Source: a virus. From it: a stretch of 46,115 bases of DNA. The stretch is from the UHGV virus genome UHGV-1356891, one strand, 5' to 3'. The first letter of the stretch is position 1, and each line of letters opens with the position of its first letter. The notes under the pieces were generated by a model. That model ran no database searches and was not told the DNA's origin. It saw only the letters and a program-made list of their open reading frames with translations. The position numbers and the translations under genes were made by a program. Shown piece after piece: positions 6,715-15,214 of the stretch.

Positions 6715-7377
6715 ATGGGGAATCTTGACTTATATGAAAAGGTCCGTTCTGTCCCGGATAGCGCCAAGAAAACCATTAAGGGAGGCCGTACCAGTGGTAT
6801 GACCGATATTAATCCCATGTGGCGCATAAAAGTCCTTACTGAGCAATTCGGACCATGTGGGATAGGATGGTACTACATCCCAACGAATAAGTGGTTGGAA
6901 ACATCGGGTAATGAGATAGCAGCTTTTGTGGATATCGAGTTATACGTAAAGGTTGATGGGGAATGGTCTAAACCAATACCAGGAAACGGCGGCAGCATGT
7001 TTGCATCAAAAGAGAAATCCGGCATATATGTTTCGGACGAATGCTATAAAATGGCAACCACAGATGCTATATCGGTAGCGTGTAAGCAGCTTGGAATTGG
7101 TGCTGATGTTTATTGGGATTCAGATAGAACTAAATATAACAAGCAGAATAGTCCAGATTTGATTACTGAATCTGATATCAATGAAATATTCCTGGAGCTG
7201 AAACGGACAGGAATAGGGATTAAGAATGTGCTATCAAAGTATGGACTGACTGATATCCATGATATGACCAGTTCTCAGGCGAATGAAACAATCAAAAAGC
7301 TGAAAAGGAATCCAGATAAAGAGTCAGCAACCCAGCCTCCAAATGATATGCAGGATAGTGGACTTCCCTGGAATTAA
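6715..7377 (+). CDS. Rad52/Sak-like single-strand annealing protein
   Basis: KGGRTSGMTDINPMWRIKVLTEQFGPCGIGWYY resembles the Rad52/Rad22 N-terminal annealing core (GG..., FGxxGxGW). Sits in the recombination slot of the early region. Confidence 0.5.
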   Translation: MGNLDLYEKVRSVPDSAKKTIKGGRTSGMTDINPMWRIKVLTEQFGPCGIGWYYIPTNKWLETSGNEIAAFVDIELYVKVDGEWSKPIPGNGGSMFASKEKSGIYVSDECYKMATTDAISVACKQLGIGADVYWDSDRTKYNKQNSPDLITESDINEIFLELKRTGIGIKNVLSKYGLTDIHDMTSSQANETIKKLKRNPDKESATQPPNDMQDSGLPWN

Positions 7378-7389
7378 AGAGGTGATTAT

Positions 7390-8019
7390 ATGCATGAGTC
7401 AGCGGATATAACAGCATACAAGTTGGTTCCAGATGGAACATATTTGCAGATATTTATTCCCGGAAAGAATCTCATGAAACCGATTATTGAGAAGCACATG
7501 AATAGATGCAGTGTATGGCTTGATGATGGTAGGCATATCAGTTCCGACCAGCGCCGAAAGATTTACGCCACAGTCAATGATATATCGGCTTATTCCGGGA
7601 ATGTGCCGGAGGTCGAGAAAGAATGGCTTAAGTATTTACATATCAATCGGACCGGTTGCGGATATTTTTCCCTGTCTGATTGTTCCATGGATACTGCCAG
7701 GGAATTTATTAATACCATGCTGGATTATGCGCTGGAACAGGGGATACCATTACTGGATTTTGCCCTTAACCGTACCGATGATATAGGACATTACCTGTAT
7801 GCATGTTTGAAACTCAAGAAGTGCGCCATATGCGGTCGAGAGGGAGAGATACACCATGTAGATACTATCGGCATGGGAAATGACCGGAGGAAAGTTGATG
7901 ATTCGGATTATCGCAAAATATGTCTATGCCGGCAGCACCATACAGAAGCGCATAACATAGGGATGACAGAGTTTGAGAGCAAATATAAGGTATATGGTAT
8001 CAAGTTTGAGGAGAATTAA
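7390..8019 (+). CDS. Phage protein with a C-terminal HNH-like Zn motif (CAICG...HHV...CLCRQHHTEAH)
   Basis: Cys/His spacing resembles HNH nuclease fingers. Follows the SSAP gene. Confidence 0.4.
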   Translation: MHESADITAYKLVPDGTYLQIFIPGKNLMKPIIEKHMNRCSVWLDDGRHISSDQRRKIYATVNDISAYSGNVPEVEKEWLKYLHINRTGCGYFSLSDCSMDTAREFINTMLDYALEQGIPLLDFALNRTDDIGHYLYACLKLKKCAICGREGEIHHVDTIGMGNDRRKVDDSDYRKICLCRQHHTEAHNIGMTEFESKYKVYGIKFEEN

Positions 8020-8224
8020 TAGGAGGTTAAATGAAAAAACAAAAGGTAGTGAGAACGTATCCGCACAATTATACAAATCCAACGACTGCTCTTAGAGAAA
8101 GCCTTGATAAAGGTTGGTTAGTGGTTATGTGTAACAATACATATTTAGAAAATAATCACACTTGTTTGGAGTATATTCTGGAAAAGGATGTTCCGGAGAA
8201 TTAGTATTTAGTAAAGGAGATGTA

Positions 8225-8770
8225 ATGAATATTGAAAAAATAAATCCGAGGGTAATTACATATAAGCTTGTACCGGATAAAAGTGATAAGGAATATTTTT
8301 CCTGTATGTGGGCGAGATATATCTTTGATTGCGACAATGGTCGGCTGAATATCAATAGCGATGCTGGAGACTATTCTTATGGTTGGGGACACAATGACCA
8401 TGAAGATTTTATGCATCTCATGAGCAGGGTGAATGCGGGATATCTTTTGAATAAGATTTCTGACCGTACCGTATTTGATATTGACAAAAGCAAAGCGCAT
8501 ACCGTATCTAATGTTCAGAAATATGGTATTGACTATTTTGGGATTAAAGACCAGAAACAGTTAGAGAGTATCGTAGAAGAAATCAATGATATTGATGATG
8601 GCGTAAGCGAGGAAACTTTTCTTCGGGAAGTAGATAATATCGTGCCTAAAATTGATTGGGAATCAATAGAAATTGTAAAGGAATATCCGTGCGGAGCAAC
8701 AACGGTGGTTGATTTATTTATTAAATATTTGCAGCCAAAAATCAGAGAAGAGTTTTACCAGCAGAATTAA
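8225..8770 (+). CDS. Hypothetical protein (start trimmed to MNIEKIN, which has an RBS)
   Basis: RBS TAAAGGAGATGTAATG. The N-terminal ITYKLVPD motif also occurs in the preceding gene. Confidence 0.45.
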   Translation: MNIEKINPRVITYKLVPDKSDKEYFSCMWARYIFDCDNGRLNINSDAGDYSYGWGHNDHEDFMHLMSRVNAGYLLNKISDRTVFDIDKSKAHTVSNVQKYGIDYFGIKDQKQLESIVEEINDIDDGVSEETFLREVDNIVPKIDWESIEIVKEYPCGATTVVDLFIKYLQPKIREEFYQQN

Positions 8771-8913
8771 CATTTGGTATCTATTCCCCTTACGGGATGA
8801 TACATACAACGGAATTTAATACTGGTCAGATTGCTAATATGTCACGATATACTTTCTGACCCTGGGCCGGGACCTATCAAACCTCCTTTACCCGGCCCGA
8901 AAGGAGGGATTAT

Positions 8914-9288
8914 TTGAAGAATAAAAGAATTGTTAGTGAAGATGTTCAAGCAAGGGTATATAATGCGCTCCTTGTAGGTAAAGAGAATGCATTGAACAGA
9001 GATGAACTGGTATCCAAGATAGGGGAATCGGATAGAGATATACGAACCGCCATTGAGATATTAAGGCACGATAAAGTGATTCTTACATTGCCAACAGGGA
9101 AAGGTTACTATGTACCCCGTGACGATGCACAGGGACGGCAAGAAACAGAGAAATGGCTTGTCAGCCAGAATAATAGGACTAAGAGCATAAAGGCAGCAGA
9201 ACGTGGAGCACAGCTGTTTATAAGCCGGAATAAGAAAAAAGATAAAGGTATTCCCGGTCAGATTAGTGTGTTTGGAGCTGGGTTATGA
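8914..9288 (+). CDS. Putative winged-helix DNA-binding protein (TTG start)
   Basis: RBS AAAGGAGGGATTATTTG. Helix-rich N-terminal region. Confidence 0.4.
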   Translation: MKNKRIVSEDVQARVYNALLVGKENALNRDELVSKIGESDRDIRTAIEILRHDKVILTLPTGKGYYVPRDDAQGRQETEKWLVSQNNRTKSIKAAERGAQLFISRNKKKDKGIPGQISVFGAGL

Positions 9289-9944
9289 GAGATAGTGTTG
9301 TATTTTATCGCAGCTTCTGGGAAGCCATTAAGCAGCTGCCGGAAAAAGAAAGATTGGAATCTCTTACAGCAATCTTAGAATATGGACTTGATGAAATAGA
9401 GCCTAAATCGGCAGGTGTTGCATCGGCAATGTTTTTAATGGCAAAACCACAAATTGATGCGAATAATCGCAGATACCAAAACGGAACTAAGGGTGGTAGG
9501 CCAGTAACCAAACCAGAACCAAACAATAACCTAGAATCAAATTATAATAAACCAAGTGATAACCAAACCATAACCAAAGCAAAACCTAAGGAAAAGGATA
9601 ATGTAAAGGAAAAGGATAATGTAAATGATAATAATAAAAAAACATTTACTCCACCTTCGGTGTCGGATGTTTCCGATTATTGCACTTTGAATGGATATGG
9701 CATTGACCCAGAGAGTTTTGTTGATTTTTATGCATCAAAGGGATGGATGGTTGGGAAAAACAAGATGAAGGACTGGAAAGCCTCGGTAAGGACCTGGGTA
9801 CGAAGCCAGCGGCAGGAATCGACCGCCAAAGGCAGTAAAAATCAGTTTCACAATTTTGACCAGCGAGATATGGACTATGATGCATTGATGTTAAAACAGG
9901 TAAAAGACTGGGTGGCGGAGGAAGCAAATGAAGGAAATACATAA
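9285..9944 (+). CDS. Phage replisome organizer / DnaD-like replication initiation protein
   Basis: N-terminus VVFYRSFWEAIKQLPEKERLE resembles the phage replisome-organizer N-terminal domain. C-terminus FYASKGWMVGKNKMKDWKASVRTWVRSQ is DnaD-like. A low-complexity linker between them carries iteron-like repeats. Confidence 0.65.
   Translation: MRDSVVFYRSFWEAIKQLPEKERLESLTAILEYGLDEIEPKSAGVASAMFLMAKPQIDANNRRYQNGTKGGRPVTKPEPNNNLESNYNKPSDNQTITKAKPKEKDNVKEKDNVNDNNKKTFTPPSVSDVSDYCTLNGYGIDPESFVDFYASKGWMVGKNKMKDWKASVRTWVRSQRQESTAKGSKNQFHNFDQRDMDYDALMLKQVKDWVAEEANEGNT
9480..9625. repeat. Candidate origin iterons inside the replisome-organizer gene. Perfect 18-bp tandem duplication GGAAAAGGATAATGTAAA at 9590-9607 and 9608-9625, plus AACCAAA(C/G)CA repeats upstream.
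   Basis: Tandem repeat read directly from the sequence. Phage origins commonly lie in the linker-coding part of replisome-organizer genes. Confidence 0.45.
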
Positions 9945-10179
9945 AAAAATTCTGGTGTATGTAAAGCAATACATGTTAGAGCATGATTATCCCCCCACAA
10001 CCAGGGAAATAGGGGACGGGGTTGGTTATACGTCAAGCTCTACTATCTGGGGATATCTGCGGGATATGAAAGAGATAGGGTTGATTGATTATGTGGATGA
10101 ATGCCCTAGAACTATAACAATACCCGGAATGCATTACACATGGGATACCAAGGATAACATTCAGGCAAGGGGGAATTGA
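9928..10179 (+). CDS. LexA-N-terminal-like winged-helix DNA-binding protein
   Basis: YPPTTREIGDGVGYTSSSTIWGYLRDMKEIGLIDY resembles the LexA DNA-binding domain. Confidence 0.5.
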   Translation: MKEIHKKILVYVKQYMLEHDYPPTTREIGDGVGYTSSSTIWGYLRDMKEIGLIDYVDECPRTITIPGMHYTWDTKDNIQARGN

Positions 10180-10581
10180 ATTGCCAGATAACAAAATGAA
10201 AAATCAATATAGTGACAATTCAGAACGCCAAAGAATGGCAGCAATAAAGGACATGGAGAAATATCCATCACCCATGACTACAGCATTTCTCCGACCGGCA
10301 TATGATAGGACTGAAATATGTCCTGATTTTTCTAGGCGTCCAAGTAATCAAAACACACATTTATGGAGGAGGGAAAATGAAGCACTTAAGCAATAGATAT
10401 GCAAAGGTAACGGAATACAAAGGCATGGATATCTGCACCTTGAGGGTAGCAACCCCATCCGATGGAGATGAACTGGGGTACCGGATTGATGATATCTCGT
10501 ACGATGGAAGGGTGTTTGATGATTTGGGAGAGGCCATGAAGGCAATTGACTCATTTGGCATGCATTTAGAGGAGAAAAGCC

Positions 10582-11001
10582 ATGAATAACAGATGTAAAG
10601 AAGAACAGGAAACGGTAAGGGGCTGTTCTGGGGAATGCGATTATTGCGAGGATACAGAAACGTGTGAACAAAGCGGCTATTGTAAGGAGGGCAGAGGGAT
10701 GATTGAAGAAGGAATCGCGAAAGACCTATCAATGGTAGTTGAAAATGCAAAATTGATGGGATGCCAAGAGGTTAAGTCATTTAGACATATACCATTGAAA
10801 AATGTTGAGGCTGTCATATCAGCTCTACAGAAACAGATAACAAAAAAACCAGAGGATGAAAGGTGTTTTATTAAAGACAAAGAGAATATCGGATTGTGCC
10901 CATCTTGCGGTGAAGGGGTTAATTCAAATTATCCATATTGTGGACACTGTGGGCAGAGAATCAAATGGGATATTGAGTGGAGCATGGAGACAGAGGAATG
11001 A
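10582..11001 (+). CDS. Cys-rich Zn-ribbon protein
   Basis: Multiple CxxC pairs (CSGECDYCEDTETCEQSGYC ... CPSCGEG...CGHCGQ). Confidence 0.4.
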   Translation: MNNRCKEEQETVRGCSGECDYCEDTETCEQSGYCKEGRGMIEEGIAKDLSMVVENAKLMGCQEVKSFRHIPLKNVEAVISALQKQITKKPEDERCFIKDKENIGLCPSCGEGVNSNYPYCGHCGQRIKWDIEWSMETEE

Positions 11002-11204
11002 TAGATAGACAGGGAGCAGGAGATATGAAACATAAGTGTGCTGACTGTGCATTTTCAGTTAGAAGAAATCCACCAAAAGGGATATATATTCTCATCTGCA
11101 CCCATAAAGGTGCATATAAAAGACCGGGTGACAGTTGCCGGTTTTATTGCAACAATAAGGAGCTGGAAGAATTATCAACCAGTTTCACAGAAGATATTAG
11201 ATAG
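10977..11204 (+). CDS. Small Cys-rich protein
   Basis: KHKCADCAF...CTHKG...CRFYC. Confidence 0.3.
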   Translation: MEHGDRGMIDRQGAGDMKHKCADCAFSVRRNPPKGIYILICTHKGAYKRPGDSCRFYCNNKELEELSTSFTEDIR

Positions 11205-11514
11205 ATTTATCATTAAGTAATTAATAATTTGCTTAACATGAGCGTGTTTTACAGATTTTACATGTTTTTGTCAACCAAATCGTTAAGCTGGCATATCGGC
11301 TATACGGCGCAAGGACGAACGAGGGACCTTGTAAAAAAATCTCTGGAGCAAAAACCAGATAGACAATAAAAAAGAGGGTGAGCTGATAACGCGCCGAGAA
11401 AGCAACGGGAGCGCCATGCCAAAGTTGGACGGCAGCCGGGGCCGTTGATTGGGCCAAAGCCAAAGCTGGGAGCCAGTACCGGCAATTATCCAAAATCGAA
11501 ATTTGGAGGAATAC

Positions 11515-11697
11515 ATGAAAGCGAAAGAATTGGCGGAAAAGTTGTTGGAGAATCCAGAATTTGAGGTAAAAGCAGTCCATTTATATCCGAGTGTTGGTTG
11601 GGGATTAACCATGGACAAATATAGTGTTAATGGTCTTGCTGATGTTGGATACAGTGATGGTGTTGCTGTTTTAGATTTAGACCGTGAAGCAGATTAA
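11515..11697 (+). CDS. Small hypothetical protein (start at MKAKELAEK, which has a GGAGG RBS)
   Basis: RBS TTTGGAGGAATACATG. The track start at 11449 lacks an RBS. Confidence 0.4.
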   Translation: MKAKELAEKLLENPEFEVKAVHLYPSVGWGLTMDKYSVNGLADVGYSDGVAVLDLDREAD

Positions 11698-12079
11698 CAT
11701 TTGGAGGTCAGTTATGAAAGGTAAGAAGTGCTGGAAGGATTAAATATTAACATTTGACGGAGATGAAAAATGAAAAAAATAAAATATAAAGCTAATTATG
11801 GATACGCTGGTACTGATGTAGAGGATGAGCTTGAATATCCGGACGAGATGACAGATAAAGAAATCGAAGATGATATAAAAGAAATTGTCATGCAACGGGT
11901 TGACTGGTATTGGGAACCAGTAAATTAAACATTTGAGAAAAGAAGGTGCCAGATGAGGAAAGTACAATGGTGTGTAAAATGTAAAAAGTATCATCGTTTT
12001 GATGATATAAACTGGAAATACAACTGGAAACAGAGAACATGGGAGTGTTTGAAAAATTAAGATTCAGAGGAGATAGCAA

Positions 12080-12400
12080 ATGCGCGAATATATAGATTTG
12101 GATATTAGAATTGATGGTAGAACTATTCCCTATCCGGTATTGACATCATGCGAATATTTCGCGTCACATGACAATATTGATGATGTTGATGGTTTTATAG
12201 ATACCAATCCAGAGATTGACGAGTTAGTGACACAGATATTAGCTTTAAAGCAAAGCTGCTTCCTTTTAAGACATACAACATATAGTTGTCAGAGTTTGAG
12301 TGATGGTTTATATGACCTTAAAATGAAACTAATAAAAAAGCTTGCAGAAAAATACCAGTATATGTTTGATGATGAATGGATGGAAAAGCTCGTGAATTAA
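12080..12400 (+). CDS. Hypothetical protein
   Basis: RBS AGAGGAGATAGCAAATG. Confidence 0.4.
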   Translation: MREYIDLDIRIDGRTIPYPVLTSCEYFASHDNIDDVDGFIDTNPEIDELVTQILALKQSCFLLRHTTYSCQSLSDGLYDLKMKLIKKLAEKYQYMFDDEWMEKLVN

Positions 12401-12692
12401 CGTTTAGTGAAAGGAGAAGTATGTGGATACCATTTGAATTAGGGCAGACTGTTTATATAGTGGTTGATAACGGTTACAATACAGAGCACACCATACATGA
12501 CGGGTATGACCATTTAGGTGAGATTGTTCGTAGGGAAACAGTGCATCATCCCTTATTGGAAGTTGAGCCGAGACGGTTTAATTTACAGATGCTTGCCTAT
12601 CATGGGCTTGATGGTATATATGCAACCCGTGAAGAGGCAGAAACACATTTAAAAAATTAAACATTTCCGGGAAAACCGGTGAAAGGAGTATT

Positions 12693-12842
12693 ATGTTTTT
12701 TTGCGAGATATGCGGCAGTGGTGATTGCTGTGAGAGAACAGATATACATGGTGGTTTGATACTGTGTGATGCGTGTTACCAAATATCCAAACAGGATCAA
12801 GATGACAAAGATGCAGTTGAGGAGATTTTTAAGGATAATTAG
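12693..12842 (+). CDS. 49-aa Cys-rich peptide (MFFCEICGSGDCCERTDIHGGLILCDACYQ...)
   Basis: Hand-translated. Preceded by the conserved ATTTCCGGGAAAACCGGTGAAAGGAG element. Confidence 0.4.
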   Translation: MFFCEICGSGDCCERTDIHGGLILCDACYQISKQDQDDKDAVEEIFKDN

Positions 12843-12866
12843 CATTTTCGGGAGGAGGTCAAACCG

Positions 12867-13052
12867 ATGGATTATAACCCCGTGACACACCCGTTCTGCA
12901 AGGATTGTCCGCATTACAAGCCTGTTGGGACTTATATATCTGAATTAAACCGTCCTGGAGAAGAAGGGCGGCGGAATAGAAAGTGTAGGAATCTGGCTAT
13001 CTGTTTCAGGGTAAGCAAGATGGGATATCAACAACTGAGTTTGTTTAATTAA
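12867..13052 (+). CDS. Small Cys-rich protein
   Basis: RBS GGGAGGAGG. CKDCPHY...C..C. Confidence 0.35.
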   Translation: MDYNPVTHPFCKDCPHYKPVGTYISELNRPGEEGRRNRKCRNLAICFRVSKMGYQQLSLFN

Positions 13053-13085
13053 TATTTCCGGGAGAACCGGGGGGAAGGAGCATAG

Positions 13086-13295
13086 ATGGAGAAGTTAGAA
13101 AATGGTAATCGAGGATGGATTACTGATAAAATGCCTAAAGAAGCAGGTAAGTACTGGATTACTACAGATACTGTTCAACGAAATGTGGTGGAAACGGATA
13201 TAGGGGAATGGGATGGCTCATGCTGGAACACTTTTGCAAGTGTATATGCTTGGAAACCAATCATTTTCCCAGAGCCATTTAATCCACAAAACTGA
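13086..13295 (+). CDS. Small DUF551-like protein, paralog of the 5328 ORF
   Basis: GWITDKMPKEAGKYWITTD. The 3' terminal 24 nt are nearly identical to the 3' end of the 5328 gene. Confidence 0.45.
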   Translation: MEKLENGNRGWITDKMPKEAGKYWITTDTVQRNVVETDIGEWDGSCWNTFASVYAWKPIIFPEPFNPQN

Positions 13296-13316
13296 TATTT
13301 ACAGGAGGAATAAGCC

Positions 13317-13670
13317 ATGGATAAAAAGACGATAGTATTTGATTTTGATGGAGTGATACATAGTTACACAAGCGGGTGGCAGGGTATATCAGTTATACCA
13401 GACCCGGTTGTGCCAGAGATACAGGCAGCAATCAATTACTTACGCATGGAAGGGTACGAGGTAATTGTGGTATCTACCAGATGTGCAAGGCCAGAGGGTA
13501 TGGGAGCGGTTAGGCGCTATTTGAGAGATAACCATATTGTGGTTGATGATGTAGTTGCACACAAGCCGCCTGCAATCTGCTATATAGACGATAGAGCAAT
13601 ATGCTTTGACGGAGACGCATTAGGACTAATTGGGAAGATTAGGGCTTTTAAACCCTGGAATCAAAATTAA
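13317..13670 (+). CDS. HAD-superfamily phosphatase/nucleotidase-like protein
   Basis: N-terminal IVFDFDGVIHS matches HAD motif I (DxDG[TV]). 117 aa. Confidence 0.5.
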   Translation: MDKKTIVFDFDGVIHSYTSGWQGISVIPDPVVPEIQAAINYLRMEGYEVIVVSTRCARPEGMGAVRRYLRDNHIVVDDVVAHKPPAICYIDDRAICFDGDALGLIGKIRAFKPWNQN

Positions 13671-13735
13671 AATTTTGAAAACTAAGAAAGGAGCCGTTCC
13701 CCAGCTGGGAAAGTGTACACGGAACCTTTTAGAAA

Positions 13736-14368
13736 ATGAAAATATTAGTGGCGTGTGAGGAATCACAAGCGGTAACGATTGAGTTACGGAAGTTTGGGCA
13801 TGAAGCCTATAGCTGTGACATAGAGCCGTGTAGCGGCGGCCATCCAGAATGGCATTTACAGGTGGATGCCCTGGAACTGCTTAAGATACGGTGGGATATG
13901 ATAATTGCATTTCCGCCATGTACATATTTGAGCAATGCCGGGGCCTGCCGACTGTATCCCAAAAAAGGGCAGTTAAACCAGGAACGTTACGAAAAGGGAT
14001 TGGAAGCAAAATCCTTCTTCCTCCGATTTTTGAACGCAGATTGTCCCAAAATTGCCGTGGAAAATCCAGTATCAAGCACGGTGTTCCAGATGCCGCCGCA
14101 TAGTCAGGAAATACAGCCGTGGCAGTTCGGACATCCGTATACCAAGAAAACAAGGCTGTGGTTGCGAGGACTGCCGCCGCTTAACCCCACAGATATTGTA
14201 CAGCCGATTGGCCCATATGTGCCAGCCGGAACCGGGAGAAAAGACCGGAGTAAGTATGGAGCCGCAAAGCGTGGTGAAGATGCAAAAAACAGGGCAAAAA
14301 CATTTCATGGTATCGCAAAAGCGATGGCGGAGCAGTGGGCGGGAGTTAATACACAAAATAGCATTTAG
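13736..14368 (+). CDS. C5-cytosine DNA methyltransferase-like protein. Motifs IV, VI and VIII are present, the motif I glycine loop is degenerate, and the TRD is very short.
   Basis: AFPPCTYLSNAG is a PCQ-like motif IV. RYEKGLEAKSFFLRFL...PKIAVENP is motif V/VI with ENV changed to ENP. PYTKKTRLWLRG is QxRxR-like motif VIII. The N-terminus reads LVACEESQAV where FxGxGG is expected. Only 210 aa. Confidence 0.45.
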   Translation: MKILVACEESQAVTIELRKFGHEAYSCDIEPCSGGHPEWHLQVDALELLKIRWDMIIAFPPCTYLSNAGACRLYPKKGQLNQERYEKGLEAKSFFLRFLNADCPKIAVENPVSSTVFQMPPHSQEIQPWQFGHPYTKKTRLWLRGLPPLNPTDIVQPIGPYVPAGTGRKDRSKYGAAKRGEDAKNRAKTFHGIAKAMAEQWAGVNTQNSI

Positions 14369-14377
14369 GAGGTAAAC

Positions 14378-14575
14378 ATGGCGAAAGCATATAGATGTGA
14401 TTTGTGTAATAAATTTACAGATTACGCCTATAAAGTTGATGGACTCGATTTTAAAATTGGGGAATACAGAAGTGAATTTACAGGAGCCCACGATAAGAGG
14501 CAAGAGGTACATGAAGTATGTCCAGATTGCTATGACAAGATTATGGAAACCGTGGAATCTTTGTATTCTCGTTAA
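14378..14575 (+). CDS. Zn-ribbon protein
   Basis: CDLCNKF...CPDCYDK. RBS AGGAGGTAAACATG. Confidence 0.45.
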   Translation: MAKAYRCDLCNKFTDYAYKVDGLDFKIGEYRSEFTGAHDKRQEVHEVCPDCYDKIMETVESLYSR

Positions 14576-14610
14576 AATTAGGATTTCCAGGAAACCAGGA
14601 GGAAAAAATT

Positions 14611-14772
14611 ATGATTACTATGAATGAAATACTGGATTCTGGCTTTGATGTTGGCGAGACCTGCAAGGAGTGTATAAGGTGTTACGGATACAATAATTGC
14701 TGCGAGGAAACAGAGGATGAATGTCATAATTTTGACGAAGTGAGAAGCGATTATATTGATTCTAAAAATTAA
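14611..14772 (+). CDS. 54-aa Cys-rich peptide
   Basis: Hand-translated MITMNEILDSGFDVGETCKECIRCYGYNNCCEE.... RBS AGGAGGAAAAAATTATG. Confidence 0.35.
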   Translation: MITMNEILDSGFDVGETCKECIRCYGYNNCCEETEDECHNFDEVRSDYIDSKN

Positions 14773-14791
14773 GGTTTGGAGAAGATGGAGA

Positions 14792-15040
14792 ATGAATAGT
14801 AGACAGAAAAAGAAATGCAATAAAAATTGTGAATCATGTAAATTGTTTAAAGAATGGGATTGTTTTAATGGACAATATGGTGAATATGGAAGATGTGAAC
14901 TACCATCATATGTTTATCCTGTATGTAAACACTCTTCGGAATTAGAAGATGATTATGATTTGCCTTTTGGAGGAGATTTCAGAGAGCAAATAAAAAGTAT
15001 CACTGGAAAATCAGTTTGTAAATATTGGAAAAGAAAGTAA
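14792..15040 (+). CDS. Cys-rich small protein (start trimmed to MNSRQ, which has a GGAGAAG RBS)
   Basis: CNKNCESCKLF...C...C. Confidence 0.35.
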   Translation: MNSRQKKKCNKNCESCKLFKEWDCFNGQYGEYGRCELPSYVYPVCKHSSELEDDYDLPFGGDFREQIKSITGKSVCKYWKRK

Positions 15041-15107
15041 CGAACTGAAATTTTCAAACATAATAATAAAAAGTAAAGGAACACATTATATGCACAGAAT
15101 AAAAACT

Positions 15108-15144
15108 GAGCGGTGGGCACCCGCCAAGATGATTCCACCGCTCC
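15108..15144. repeat. Hairpin with 9-bp stem GAGCGGTGG/CCACCGCTC
   Basis: Inverted repeat read directly from the sequence, upstream of the second recombinase gene. Confidence 0.4.
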
Positions 15145-15151
15145 CGTAAAT

Positions 15152-15183
15152 ACGTCTGAGTATATTATATCTTACTCGGACGT
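15152..15183. repeat. lox/dif-like inverted repeat: 11-bp arms ACGTCTGAGTA / TACTCGGACGT (one mismatch) around a 10-bp AT-rich spacer
   Basis: Read directly from the sequence. Located about 30 bp upstream of the frameshifted tyrosine recombinase gene. Confidence 0.4.
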
Positions 15184-15214
15184 GAAAATCAATACGAATG
15201 AGGAGGATATAATT

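Noticed and set aside
11233-11618. Minus-strand ORFs of 60-115 aa overlapping the GC-rich non-coding island
   Set aside because: No RBS. Composition is Pro/Arg/Ala-rich reverse-strand artefact of GC-rich DNA. All neighbouring genes are on the + strand.
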